Assembly: GCF_001194135.2 (NCBI RefSeq)
Contig: NC_068981.1
Span: 105,821,933-105,858,305 of the forward strand
DNA from: Octopus bimaculoides
Taxonomy: Eukaryota
DNA length: 36,373 nt
Direction: 5' to 3'
Shown: positions 1 through 9,440 of the stretch, one piece after another
How positions within the stretch are numbered: position 1 is the first letter of the stretch
Layout: every line of letters begins with the position of its first letter
The notes under the pieces: generated by a model
Told to the model about the DNA's origin: nothing
The model's database searches: none
What the model saw: only the letters and a program-made list of their open reading frames with translations
Translations under genes and position numbers: made by a program

Positions 1-46
1 ATATATATATATATAATAGAGTTATTAATATTTCTAAGTCTCTCTA

Positions 47-240
47 AAGGAGACTACGGCAGCGGTACTGGAAATTAATAGTTATCGCCAAGCCAAGATG
101 GCAGTCCCAAAATTAGGACAAATGCTGCCGTGGATTAGCTCCAAGAGGCCACCGCCTCTAGCTAGCTATGTGACACACGAACCTGTGTCCTTTATAACCT
201 TCGAACAGGGGAGGTCAGCAGCTTCCCCTTGCTGGTTTGC
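47..240 (+). repeat. Interspersed repeat family E; other copies at 1838-1993 (+) and 2031-2190 (-)
   Basis: Shared TTAGCTCC...CGCCTCTAGCTAGCTAT.TGACACAC.AACCT block. Confidence 0.75.
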
Positions 241-904
241 CATGTTGTTGTGTTTATGTCCCCGAAACTTAGTCCAATAGAATAAGTTCTAACTCCTAGG
301 GTTGATTTCTTTGACTAAAGGCAGTGCTATAGAATGCCGCAGTCAAATGACTGAAAGGATGAGCTTCCACACAGTTTCCAGCTACTAAATGCCCTCACAA
401 GGCATTGGAAGGTCTGGGCCTACAGTAGAATATGCTTGCACAATGTGTGCACAGTGGAACCCAAAACTAACTGGTTGACAGGTAGCTTCTTAACTACATT
501 TTAGTCTTTTTGAAAATTTTATTGAAATATGCCTTATATCTGCAAACCTAGAATTTTTACATAGAATCCACTTTGAAAAAACTTAGCCCAGAAAGTTGAG
601 TTATCTTTGTAGAATATTTTTGAAGGCTTCTGTTTATAGAAACTATACACGAGGTGTATGAGTTGGTGTGTGAGACGTGAGTATGGGATTGTGGTTGAGT
701 ATAAAGAAAATAATGTAAGTGGAATTAAAAGGGAAGGGAACAAACAGTTATATTCTATGGCTTTAATTAGTGAATATATTTTGGATGTTTACATTCTGTG
801 TTCAATTCCTGCTGTGATCATCATTGCCTTACTTCCTTCCACCCTAACAGTATCAGTGAAGTACAGGAGTCCATTTAGTAGATTATCCCCTTCCTTAAAT
901 TGCT

Positions 905-1050
905 GGCATTAAGGGCATTCAGCCATAAAAACCATGCCGAAACAGACACAGAGCCTGCGCAGCTCTTCAACTGGCCAGCTCCTGTCAAACTCCTGTCAAA
1001 CCGTCCAACCCATGCCAGCATGAAAAATGGACGTTAAATGATGATAATGA
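905..1050 (+). mobile_element. Repeat family C with a (GAT)n tail; minus copies at about 10512-10950, 12298-12340, 12650-12780, 27877-28080 and 31515-31730
   Basis: Shared CCGTCCAACCCATGCCAGCATG...GACGTTAAATGATGAT end, resembling a LINE-type 3' tail. Confidence 0.75.
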
Positions 1051-1445
1051 ATTTTATATATATATGAATGTTTGTGTGTATGTATGTATGTATGTATGTA
1101 TGTTATCAATCAGTTTCATTTCTGTATTTCTTGTCAATAGAGAAAGAGCCGGACTCTAACATAGATTCAAGGCTACTTCATTGGAACTTTTATCAACATC
1201 ATCTAGGTATTTGTGCATATGTGTGTGTGTGCAGTATTTGGTGTTAATGTATGCGCAGATTTGTATGTTTGTTTTATGGATACGTTTTTATGTATATATT
1301 TTCATGTCTAGATGCATGCATATGTATTTATGTGCTACACATACATATATTAGAAGCGAGTATCATAAGATATAGTCATATATCAATATGTACGTCTTTA
1401 ATGTAAAATATATTTTGCCGTGTATAGGTTTCCATAGATTATAAT

Positions 1446-1459
1446 GTTTCCCTAGCAAC
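1446..1459. promoter_or_regulatory. RFX X-box-like motif GTTTCCCTAGCAAC, overlapped by a CCAAT box at 1459-1463
   Basis: 13/14 match to GTTNCCATRGNAAC, 55 nt upstream of the inferred ATG. A partial second copy GTTTCCATAG lies at 1428-1437. Confidence 0.65.
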
Positions 1460-1513
1460 CAATAACTAAAGCAGACTTATAATGTTCTAAGTGGCAATAC
1501 TTGACGGCGCACC

Positions 1514-1520
1514 ATGCCAG
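1514..1520 (+). CDS. ANKRD42: ANKRD42-like exon 1 (coding part ATG CCA G; M-P-[A])
   Basis: gcgcaccATGCCAG|gttaga: ACC-ATG context and GT donor at 1521. Phase 1 matches the ttcag|CC acceptor of exon 2 (G+CC=Ala). X-box just upstream. From memory, human ANKRD42 also starts MP. Confidence 0.7.
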
Positions 1521-2369
1521 GTTAGAAATGTATTTTTTAACGTAATTTTTTCATTGGCTTATATAGTTTTATTTATATAAAGTATTAAACGTTCGAAACA
1601 TCTTTATTTCTCCCTTTGTAACTCAATTTCATTCGATTTGTCCTTGGTTAATTTCTCTCTCGCTCTCACTCGCTCTCTTTCTCTGCACATACATACATAC
1701 ATACATACATACATACATGCATGCATACCTACATACGTAGGTATGTACATACATACAGGCACACACACTCACACGCACGCACGCACACACAGGTACGTAC
1801 ACACATTTATGTGTGTGTGTTTGTGTGAAAAATAGAAAGGAGAGATACAGCAGCAGTACTGGGTATTAATATGTATTGCCAAACTAACGTGACAGTCCAG
1901 AAAAATAGGAGGAATGCAGCTGTTGATTTAGCTCCGAAAGATGATCGCCTCTAGCTAGCTATATGACACACTAACCTACGTCCATAAACCTTCCGGGTAA
2001 GGGGAAACTACCCTGAAACCGGTCTGTGGATGCCAAGCCAGCAAAGAGAAGTTGATGATCTCCCCTGTTCGAAGTTTTATAGACGCAGGTTCGTGCGTCA
2101 TATACCGAGTTAGAGGCGATCGCCTCTCGGAGCTAATGAACAGCCGCATTCGTCCTATTTCTCTGGACTGTCACGTTATTTTGGAATAGGTACACACACA
2201 CACACACATACACACACAGATGGGCGCAGTTAATCGAAAAGTTAGCATCGTTAATTGTTAATCCGTTAAGCAAAAAGTTAACTTCGTTAATCCGTTCATT
2301 CTTTGAAAATGTAACGGAAGTTAATGTTAATTCGTTAACGTTAACGTTTATTGAAAAGAGACATATCTA

Positions 2370-4480
2370 CAGTTTAATACCCCACCTGCTTTGTTGCCTT
2401 GTAATTTCCTGAAAATCGGATACTTTTAAACGAAACTTTCACCAAATAATCGTTTATATCCTGTAGATTGAGTGCATGTTCCGATTTGTAAGGAGAGCTT
2501 CTTACTATGGAACAATCTAGTGTATATTGTATATTTTGTAACTTAAGTTTTTGTATGTATGCTGCTAATGAGGTCGAAAATTTGGATTTTGTTTCAGTAA
2601 AGGAATTTAAGTGAGATCAATAACGATGCTTAAAATCTATAGTACTACCAATATAGACCTTTGCTTGGGGTATGCCTGATGTTTCTACACGACATTTATA
2701 AATCACGTTTTTGTGCAGAAGAAAACCCTGCAAGCAAGCATGATTTAGGAATGCGATAATTACAGGTTTTCCTTCTAATTCCACTGCTATTATGGATCGT
2801 GTTGTTGTTACTGACTGGACTGATATGGAGTGCACTATAAGAATTTAGGTGTGTAGTAGTTAGTCTGAAGCTGGAGTTTATGTCTATTAAGAGAGGTTAT
2901 TATGGATATTATGTCTGGTGTGGTGGAGTAAGATAATTTTACTGATGATTTGTTAAAAACAGAGTAGCATTCATGATGTGGAAAATTGGATTTCAAAATT
3001 TTAAAAAATAATTTAGGTAAAGATTTTACCCGAAGAAAGAAGGATGGTGCATATTGTTTTCTAGTCTTAGAATATGTGGCTACATGGTCAGGAAGAGGAG
3101 ATTTATAATTACTATAAGTTCCGGATGGTCTATGTTGTAAATGAGTATGATTTGAAGGTGGGTTTTTCATGGGTCTGATTGATTGATTTGAAGTGGAGGC
3201 CATGCTTATAAAATCAGGATTAGTTTTGGAGAAAAGATTTGCTATTTTGGTTTTCAGCTTAGTAACACAGATATAGAATATTTTTTCTTGGAATCTACTT
3301 AATTGTAGAGCCTGATTATAGTAAGGAGCATGAATATTAGATATTTCCTCATTAGCTGATAAATTTGAGATTCTTATTGAAATCCCTGTAACCATGCTGT
3401 CAAGAGTTATTTTAGGATGATTTGAAAGTTCATTTATATATTACAAGGTTTGGTTGGGGCTTGTGAAATGGGTAGTATAAGTTAGTATATAAGTTAAGTG
3501 TAAAATCCCAAAAAATTTGCCACCTTGGTATCAGTTTCAAATAAGATATTAAGATTGTAATTTTCAAAAAATTTTTTTAAAGATTTCTTCATGCATTCAA
3601 TTGCTAGTCAAAATAATCCCTTAGTTGCAAGGAACACATCATCTCTATAGAGTCCACCAGATACGTTAGCAAAGTGCTGCTTAATTTGCGAAAGAAGTAA
3701 TAGACCTACAGGGTCTTTAATCTGGGCCAACTTAGGAGAGCCCATTGTTATATCAAAATAGTCAATAGAAGTATTTCGAGTCCTTCAAAATTAATAAGAA
3801 TTTTCCTCACTCCCAGAATTATATCTATGTCAGATTGGATTATATCTGCATAGTTTCAAGCAAAAATCAATGCTTTATTCACGAGAATCAGGGATATTGA
3901 TGCATAGCAGTTTGATATATTAAATTGAAAAATTAATATGGTGTTTATCCTTGAGGAAATTAATCCAGGTAATAACATTGCCAGTTGAGTTCCATAGAGG
4001 GAGCCCGACATTAGCTTTAACATGGGTTACAATTCTATCTATAATATATTTACTAATTTTACCCAAATCCAACTTTGTTGGATTTGGGTAAAATTCTATG
4101 TGTGTGTTTATAGTTAGTGTTTAGCTCCTTTAGTATCAAATTATTGTACGTTTCCAAAGGTGAGGAGTGGAGGTTGCCAGTTTTATGGGAGAAAACATGT
4201 AAATTTCGTGAAGATCTTATTTTTGATATAGTTTTGGAAAGCTCCTTCTGGAATGAGTTAGTGTAGTAAGAAAATTTTAAGTTTTGCATCATATACTTTA
4301 GATCCCTCTCAAAATTAGCTAATAGAGGATTTGGAGGAGGGTTTTTATAAGATTTCAGGTTGTATCAAATCAGTAGTCCAATCAGGATGTTTTGATCGGA
4401 CTGGATCCCCAGAAACAGCTGTCGGATCATTTAATATTCAAACCTTTTATGTTTTACTTTTTTCTGGACTCTTAACTTTC
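2370..4480 (-). mobile_element. Decayed Penelope-like retroelement (RT plus C-terminal GIY-YIG), antisense in intron 1
   Basis: Minus-strand translation gives FDITMGS and GLYRDD (3655-3638) RT motifs, then CNYR...SCLL and KNVIYKC...KVYIGST GIY-YIG motifs (2617-2835). Fragmentary ORFs at 2835-3395 and 4059-4292, many stops and frameshifts. Ends approximate. Confidence 0.85.
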
Positions 4481-4647
4481 TATCTAGTTCTGTGGTATCG
4501 TTTTTATTCTGTAAGTCGATTTATATATGTATTTATGTTTTCAATATATTTTTAATGTATATATTTATGTATCTATATATTTATGTATTTATATATATTT
4601 AATGCATTGATAAATCTATATATTTTTATAATATTTATATATCTTTT

Positions 4648-5070
4648 TTCTATTACTTGTCTTTTACTTGATTCAATCATTTGACAGCTGCCATGTTGGA
4701 GCACTGCCTTTAGCTGAGCAAATCGACCCCAAGAATTATTCTTTGTAAGCCTAGTACTTATTCTATCGGTCTCTTTTGCTGAACTGCTAAGTTATGGGGA
4801 TGTAAACACACCACCATCAGTTGTCAAGCAATGTTGGAGGCACAAACACAGACACACAAACATATACAAACACATAAATACATACATATATACATACATA
4901 CATACATACATACATATATGATAGGCTTCTTTCAGTTTCTGTCTACCAAATCCACTCACAAGGCTTTGAAAGGCCCGAGGCTATAGTAGAAGACACTTAC
5001 CCAAGGTGCCATGCAGTGGAACTGAACCCAGAACCATGTGGTTGGTAAGCAGGCTTCTTACCACACAGCC
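4648..5070 (-). mobile_element. SINE family A, full copy (tRNA-like head, CORE-like block, internal microsatellite, AATAAAAG-type tail)
   Basis: Homologous to copies at 5145-5290, 7398-7545, 13869-14281 and 21336-21697. B-box-like GGTTCAGTTCC and GGCACCTTGGGTAAGTGTC block. Confidence 0.85.
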
Positions 5071-5144
5071 TCTCGATATTTTCAGTATGTTTGATGTATT
5101 AAATATATTTTTGAAAAATTATGCATATCGTATATGCAGGAGCA

Positions 5145-6235
5145 GCTGTGTGGTGAGTAGCTTGCTAACCAACCACATGGTCCCAGGTTCAGTCCTACTG
5201 TGTGGCACCTTGGGTAAGTGTCTTCTACTATAGCCTCGGGCTGACCAAAGCCTTGTGAGTGGATTTGGTAGACGGAAACTGGAAGAAGCCCACCTGACAC
5301 CTACTTCCTCTCTTCACTCCTACCCACCTTCTCTCTTCATTGATACCTCCTACATCCACCCCACATCCCACTCCCACATACCCACGCCTACTCCCCACTT
5401 TCTCACCCACACATCTTCACCCCAAACCCCTATCCCCACCCTCACATCCCNNNNNNNNNNNNNNNNNNNNNNNNNNNNNNNNNNNNNNNNNNNNNNNNNN
5501 NNNNNNNNNNNNNNNNNNNNNNNNNNNNNNNNNNNNNNNNNNNNNNNNNNNNNNNNNNNNNNNNNNNNNNNNNNNNNNNNNNNNNNNNNNNNNNNNNNNN
5601 NNNNNNNNNNNNNNTACAGACACACACACAGCCACACATCAGTCACCAGGCTCTTTCCACACGCACACACTTACACACTTTCACATACATGCATGCACAC
5701 CTTCATTTTGAGATCACCAGTACTTTATTATCTCCCCTTCTTCCTAGCTCTCCTGTCTAACTACTTTTGTCCAACCAGTTGCCATGATTGACTGCTAACT
5801 CCAAAAGTTTTTTTATTCTCTCTCTCTTTATTTCCTTTTATTCCTTTCTGTTGAAGAGCATAGGCTCGAAACATAAAAGACTTTCTCAGCTTCCCAAGTA
5901 TCAAACTAATACACCTGCTTGGTGTTTATACACCTGCTTGGTGTTTATACACCTGTCTTCATCTTCTGTTTTTCTTTAAATTTCAGCTGTATATATGTAT
6001 ATGTATATGTTTGCGTGTCTGTGTTTGTGCCCCCACCATTGCTTGACAAGTGATGTTGGTGTTGTTTACATCCCCATAATCTAAAGGTTTGGCAAAGAGA
6101 CTGGTACAATAAGTACTTGGCTTACAAAGAATAAGTCCTGGGGTTGATTTGTTCGACTAAAGGCAGTGCTCCAGTATGGCTGCAATCAAATTTCTGAAAC
6201 AAATAAAAGAATAAAAGAATAAAAGAAAAAGAATA
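5145..6235 (+). mobile_element. SINE family A head (5145-5290) and 3' half (about 5990-6235) separated by about 700 bp of other sequence and an N gap
   Basis: The head matches the reverse complement of 4924-5070. The 3' half matches the 3' part of 21336-21697 and ends in (AATAAAAG)n. Confidence 0.75.
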
Positions 6236-7331
6236 CATTGGGTCTATGGTTGAATATATGTATTATTATATGTGAAATGATTTTCCTAACTTGATTCTCA
6301 TTTCTATATTCATCTAACGCCTCAAGTTTGAATATCCTGAGTACTTCAAAGTGCTGTCTATACATTGGAAAATTTATTTCTCTTTTAAATATAATTATGT
6401 GCACATATATATATATATATATAAACAAACTTGGAAACGTTGAGTGGGTTGGTATTTTATAGAAAATAAAGTGAATTTGGAACACAGGATAGCTGTAAAA
6501 ACAGCCTAGAAAGTTGGGTAAATAATACCCCTAGAAAATAGGAAAAAATTTGCCACCAGGCGGCATAATATTTTGTTATTGTTGTGTGTTATATATTCTC
6601 AGATAGTTCTATTCGAACAATAAACTACAATGAAGGTGTTCCAAACATTAGAAATCAAGTTATCTCCCTTCTGACCTTCAGCTTGCAGACACTTCATTGA
6701 GTTAAATCATTTCTTACTAACAGGGTAACATCCAACAAATTAGTCTTGTTCAAGGTTAAAAATGACAGAATGCACTGGTGATTGTTTCATTAATTGTTAG
6801 TGAAGCATAGGGATTATTAGAGTGGTATTCTGGAAGTAATGCTTGTAAAACTGGAGAGAACCAAAAATCTTGCATGTAACAGTTCTGTATTGTAATGATC
6901 AGCAAGATTGTATAGTCAACAGAAATGCTGTTATCCATCATATTTATTTTTTTAAATATTTCTTTAAAATTTCTATGGATAAATATTGTTTATACTAGCT
7001 GAAGCACCACTCTCTGTACAGTTTTTTTGTTAGTCATTATAAGAATATATATATATATGCAGCATGGAATTTTGTCAGTGAACAGGTCGCAATCTCAAAA
7101 CGACGAAAATATTTTGGCAAATTAAATTTAAATGTAGATGGGAATCTAACAGTTTTTGTGTGTTTTTAAATGGCTTATAAACACCTTCCACACTGCAATT
7201 GTTTTTGTTCCAGCACACGATCTCAGATCAGGTCACTTGCTATGCAAGTACATCTCTGTAATATATATATTACACGCACACAGACACACACACAGACACA
7301 CACACACAGACACACACACACACACACACAG

Positions 7332-7366
<35 letters not shown>

Positions 7367-7397
7367 CACACACACACATACACGCACACACACACAT

Positions 7398-7545
7398 GAT
7401 AGGCTTCTTTCCATTTCTGCTTACCAAATCCACTCACATTGCTTTGGTCAGCCTGAAGCTATAGTAGAAGACACTTGTTCAAGGTTCCACACAATGGGAC
7501 TGAAACTGGAACCCTGTGCTTGGGTAGCAAATGTTTTACCACACA
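7398..7545 (-). mobile_element. SINE family A head fragment abutting the (CA)n tract at about 7275-7396
   Basis: GCTATAGTAGAAGACACTTG block shared with the other copies. Confidence 0.8.
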
Positions 7546-8805
7546 TCATACCTGAGGAGGAACTGATCATAATTTTGAACACAAGAAAGTCAAATGCAAA
7601 AAGACTGAATTTCAAATGACTAAAAAATCAGAATATTGAAAGCTTAAAATCTAGATTATATTTTAGGGAAAAATAAGAAGAAAAGTGGTCTTAAAAAACA
7701 TTTATATATGGTTTTAAAAGGGAGTTTATTTGAAAGATATAATATATTAAAAAACATATTTAAAATTTACTTTGAAAAATTTATAGTTATTGCAAAGATA
7801 CAATATCAAAGACATGTGAAAACTTAAATATTTATTGAATATATCCTTTCTTTAATTTTTCTCATTTCTGAATATTTTTCTTGTTTTCTTTCAATGCAAG
7901 TATACTGGATAATCAAAAGCTCTTTATAAACTAGTATCACACAGCAAAAAGCAAGGTGAAAGAAGATAAACAAGTAATTGGGCCTAATTTCAGTCAATCA
8001 CAATTCAGTGTTGAAAATATTCAGTAATGAGAGAATTTAAAAAGGAAATAATCATTTGTTTTTGCCTGTGTGTTTGATATCATATCCCTGCAATACTCTT
8101 TTAATAACATTTTAATAACATTCTATAATACTTTTCTGAAATAAACTGCTTTTAAAACTGCAGATATATGCCTTTCATGATAGTTTTTCTTATTATTTTT
8201 CCCTAAAATATTTTAAGTTTCAGAGTTTTGAGCTTTCAACATTATGACATCTAATATTCTGAGAATTAGATTTTGCAGTAATTGCCTCCTCTACTGGTGA
8301 TCTCCAAAATCTGCAAGACTGGTCTTTTTTTTTGGGGGGGGGGGACTTTTTCTTGTACATGCCTGTCTAAAAGGACTTACATTGTTAGATGTAATTATGT
8401 ACAGCATGTAAAAATATTGATCTTAAGTTAGAAATCTATTAATTATTTTGTGCATGTTATGCCTAAATGATTTGTTCAGTTATGAATCCCTAATAATAAA
8501 TCACTAACAGTACTTTATGTATGTTATTATTTATCTGGTAAAGGTAGGTTTTGGGGAACTTATAGGAATTTGTAATTTTCTTCTAATAAAAAAGGAATTA
8601 TTTATGATCCATCTTTATCATTAAAAAGTTTTCATATGTTAAATCCTTGGGGTCGATTAGCATCTGGGAAAATCACTAAAATAATTAACAGTTATCTACT
8701 GATTTTTCTATTTGATTATATTCTTTCCCTACAAATTTGGAACCATGTGCTTATTTAAGATATTATCATTTTTGCTATATTGCTAATATATATTGCTGGT
8801 TTCAG

Positions 8806-8960
8806 CCATTCAGAAGTACTCTAACATCCATGAAGCTGTGAAAGCAGGTGATGTAAATGAACTTACAAAAATGGTTAAATGTGGTGCCAGTGTTAATGAA
8901 ATCAGAGGAAGAGACAAGTTTACTCCATTGCACACAGCTTGCAATATTGGAGCATTGGAA
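8806..8960 (+). CDS. ANKRD42: ANKRD42-like exon 2 (AIQKYSNIHEAVKAGDV...KFTPLHTACNIGALE)
   Basis: ttcag| acceptor and |gtaaga donor, inside ORF 8793-8981. Matches recalled human SIHDAVRAGDV...KFTPLHWAAHSGSLE. Confidence 0.93.
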
Positions 8961-9148
8961 GTAAGATGTAGTTATTTCTAGAAGCTTTATAACAGTCTTT
9001 CTACTCTTTTACTCTACACAGTGTGCAAGGTATTTGTGAACAAATTTTAGGTCATAAATGGGAGACAATGTAATGTAATGCTATATGGCATGCACCAAAT
9101 TTTGACTTATTTCTCTTTGAAATGTATTGACACTGTGGCCGTAGCTGT

Positions 9149-9440
9149 GACCACAGTGACTTGGAGATTGCCAGTTTCTTGAACAAGATTGAGACATTTG
9201 TGTTTTTGGTTAAGAAAGAGCTGGGATTCACTGGTAGAGACAAAACATCCATGGTCAAAATAAAGAAACATTCTTGGTAGTCAGATGTTTTTGGGAATTC
9301 ATCCAGCAGGCACAGAACATCATCAGTAACAACCCCAGTAGATCAGTGAGATCCATCACTGAGAAGCTGAAGACAGCAGATTCCTCCATTAGATTTGTGG
9401 TACATGATGTGATAAAGGGAATACAGTTCACATCCAGCAA
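9149..9440 (+). mobile_element. Degenerate N-terminal DNA-binding fragment of an IS630/Tc1/mariner-superfamily transposase
   Basis: HSDLEIASFLNKIETFVFLVKKEL, then after a stop and frameshift NPSRSVRSITEKLKTADSSIRFVVHD (helix-turn-helix pattern). Confidence 0.5.

Noticed and set aside
255-280. GAAACTTAGTC hammerhead-like end
   Set aside because: It is a mutated piece of the family A 3' block (CCCCATAACTTAG...ATAGAATAAGT) and has no CUGANGA.
2563-2595. Hammerhead-like CTAATGAGGTCGAAA near the PLE 3' end
   Set aside because: No helix II can form between the two core halves, and it lies antisense within the decayed endonuclease coding region.
7156-7619. His/Thr- and Cys/Val-rich ORFs (also 1638-1835, 12284-12574, 14098-14638 and 27282-27581)
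   Set aside because: They are translations of (CA)n, (TA)n and (TACA)n microsatellites plus SINE sequence.
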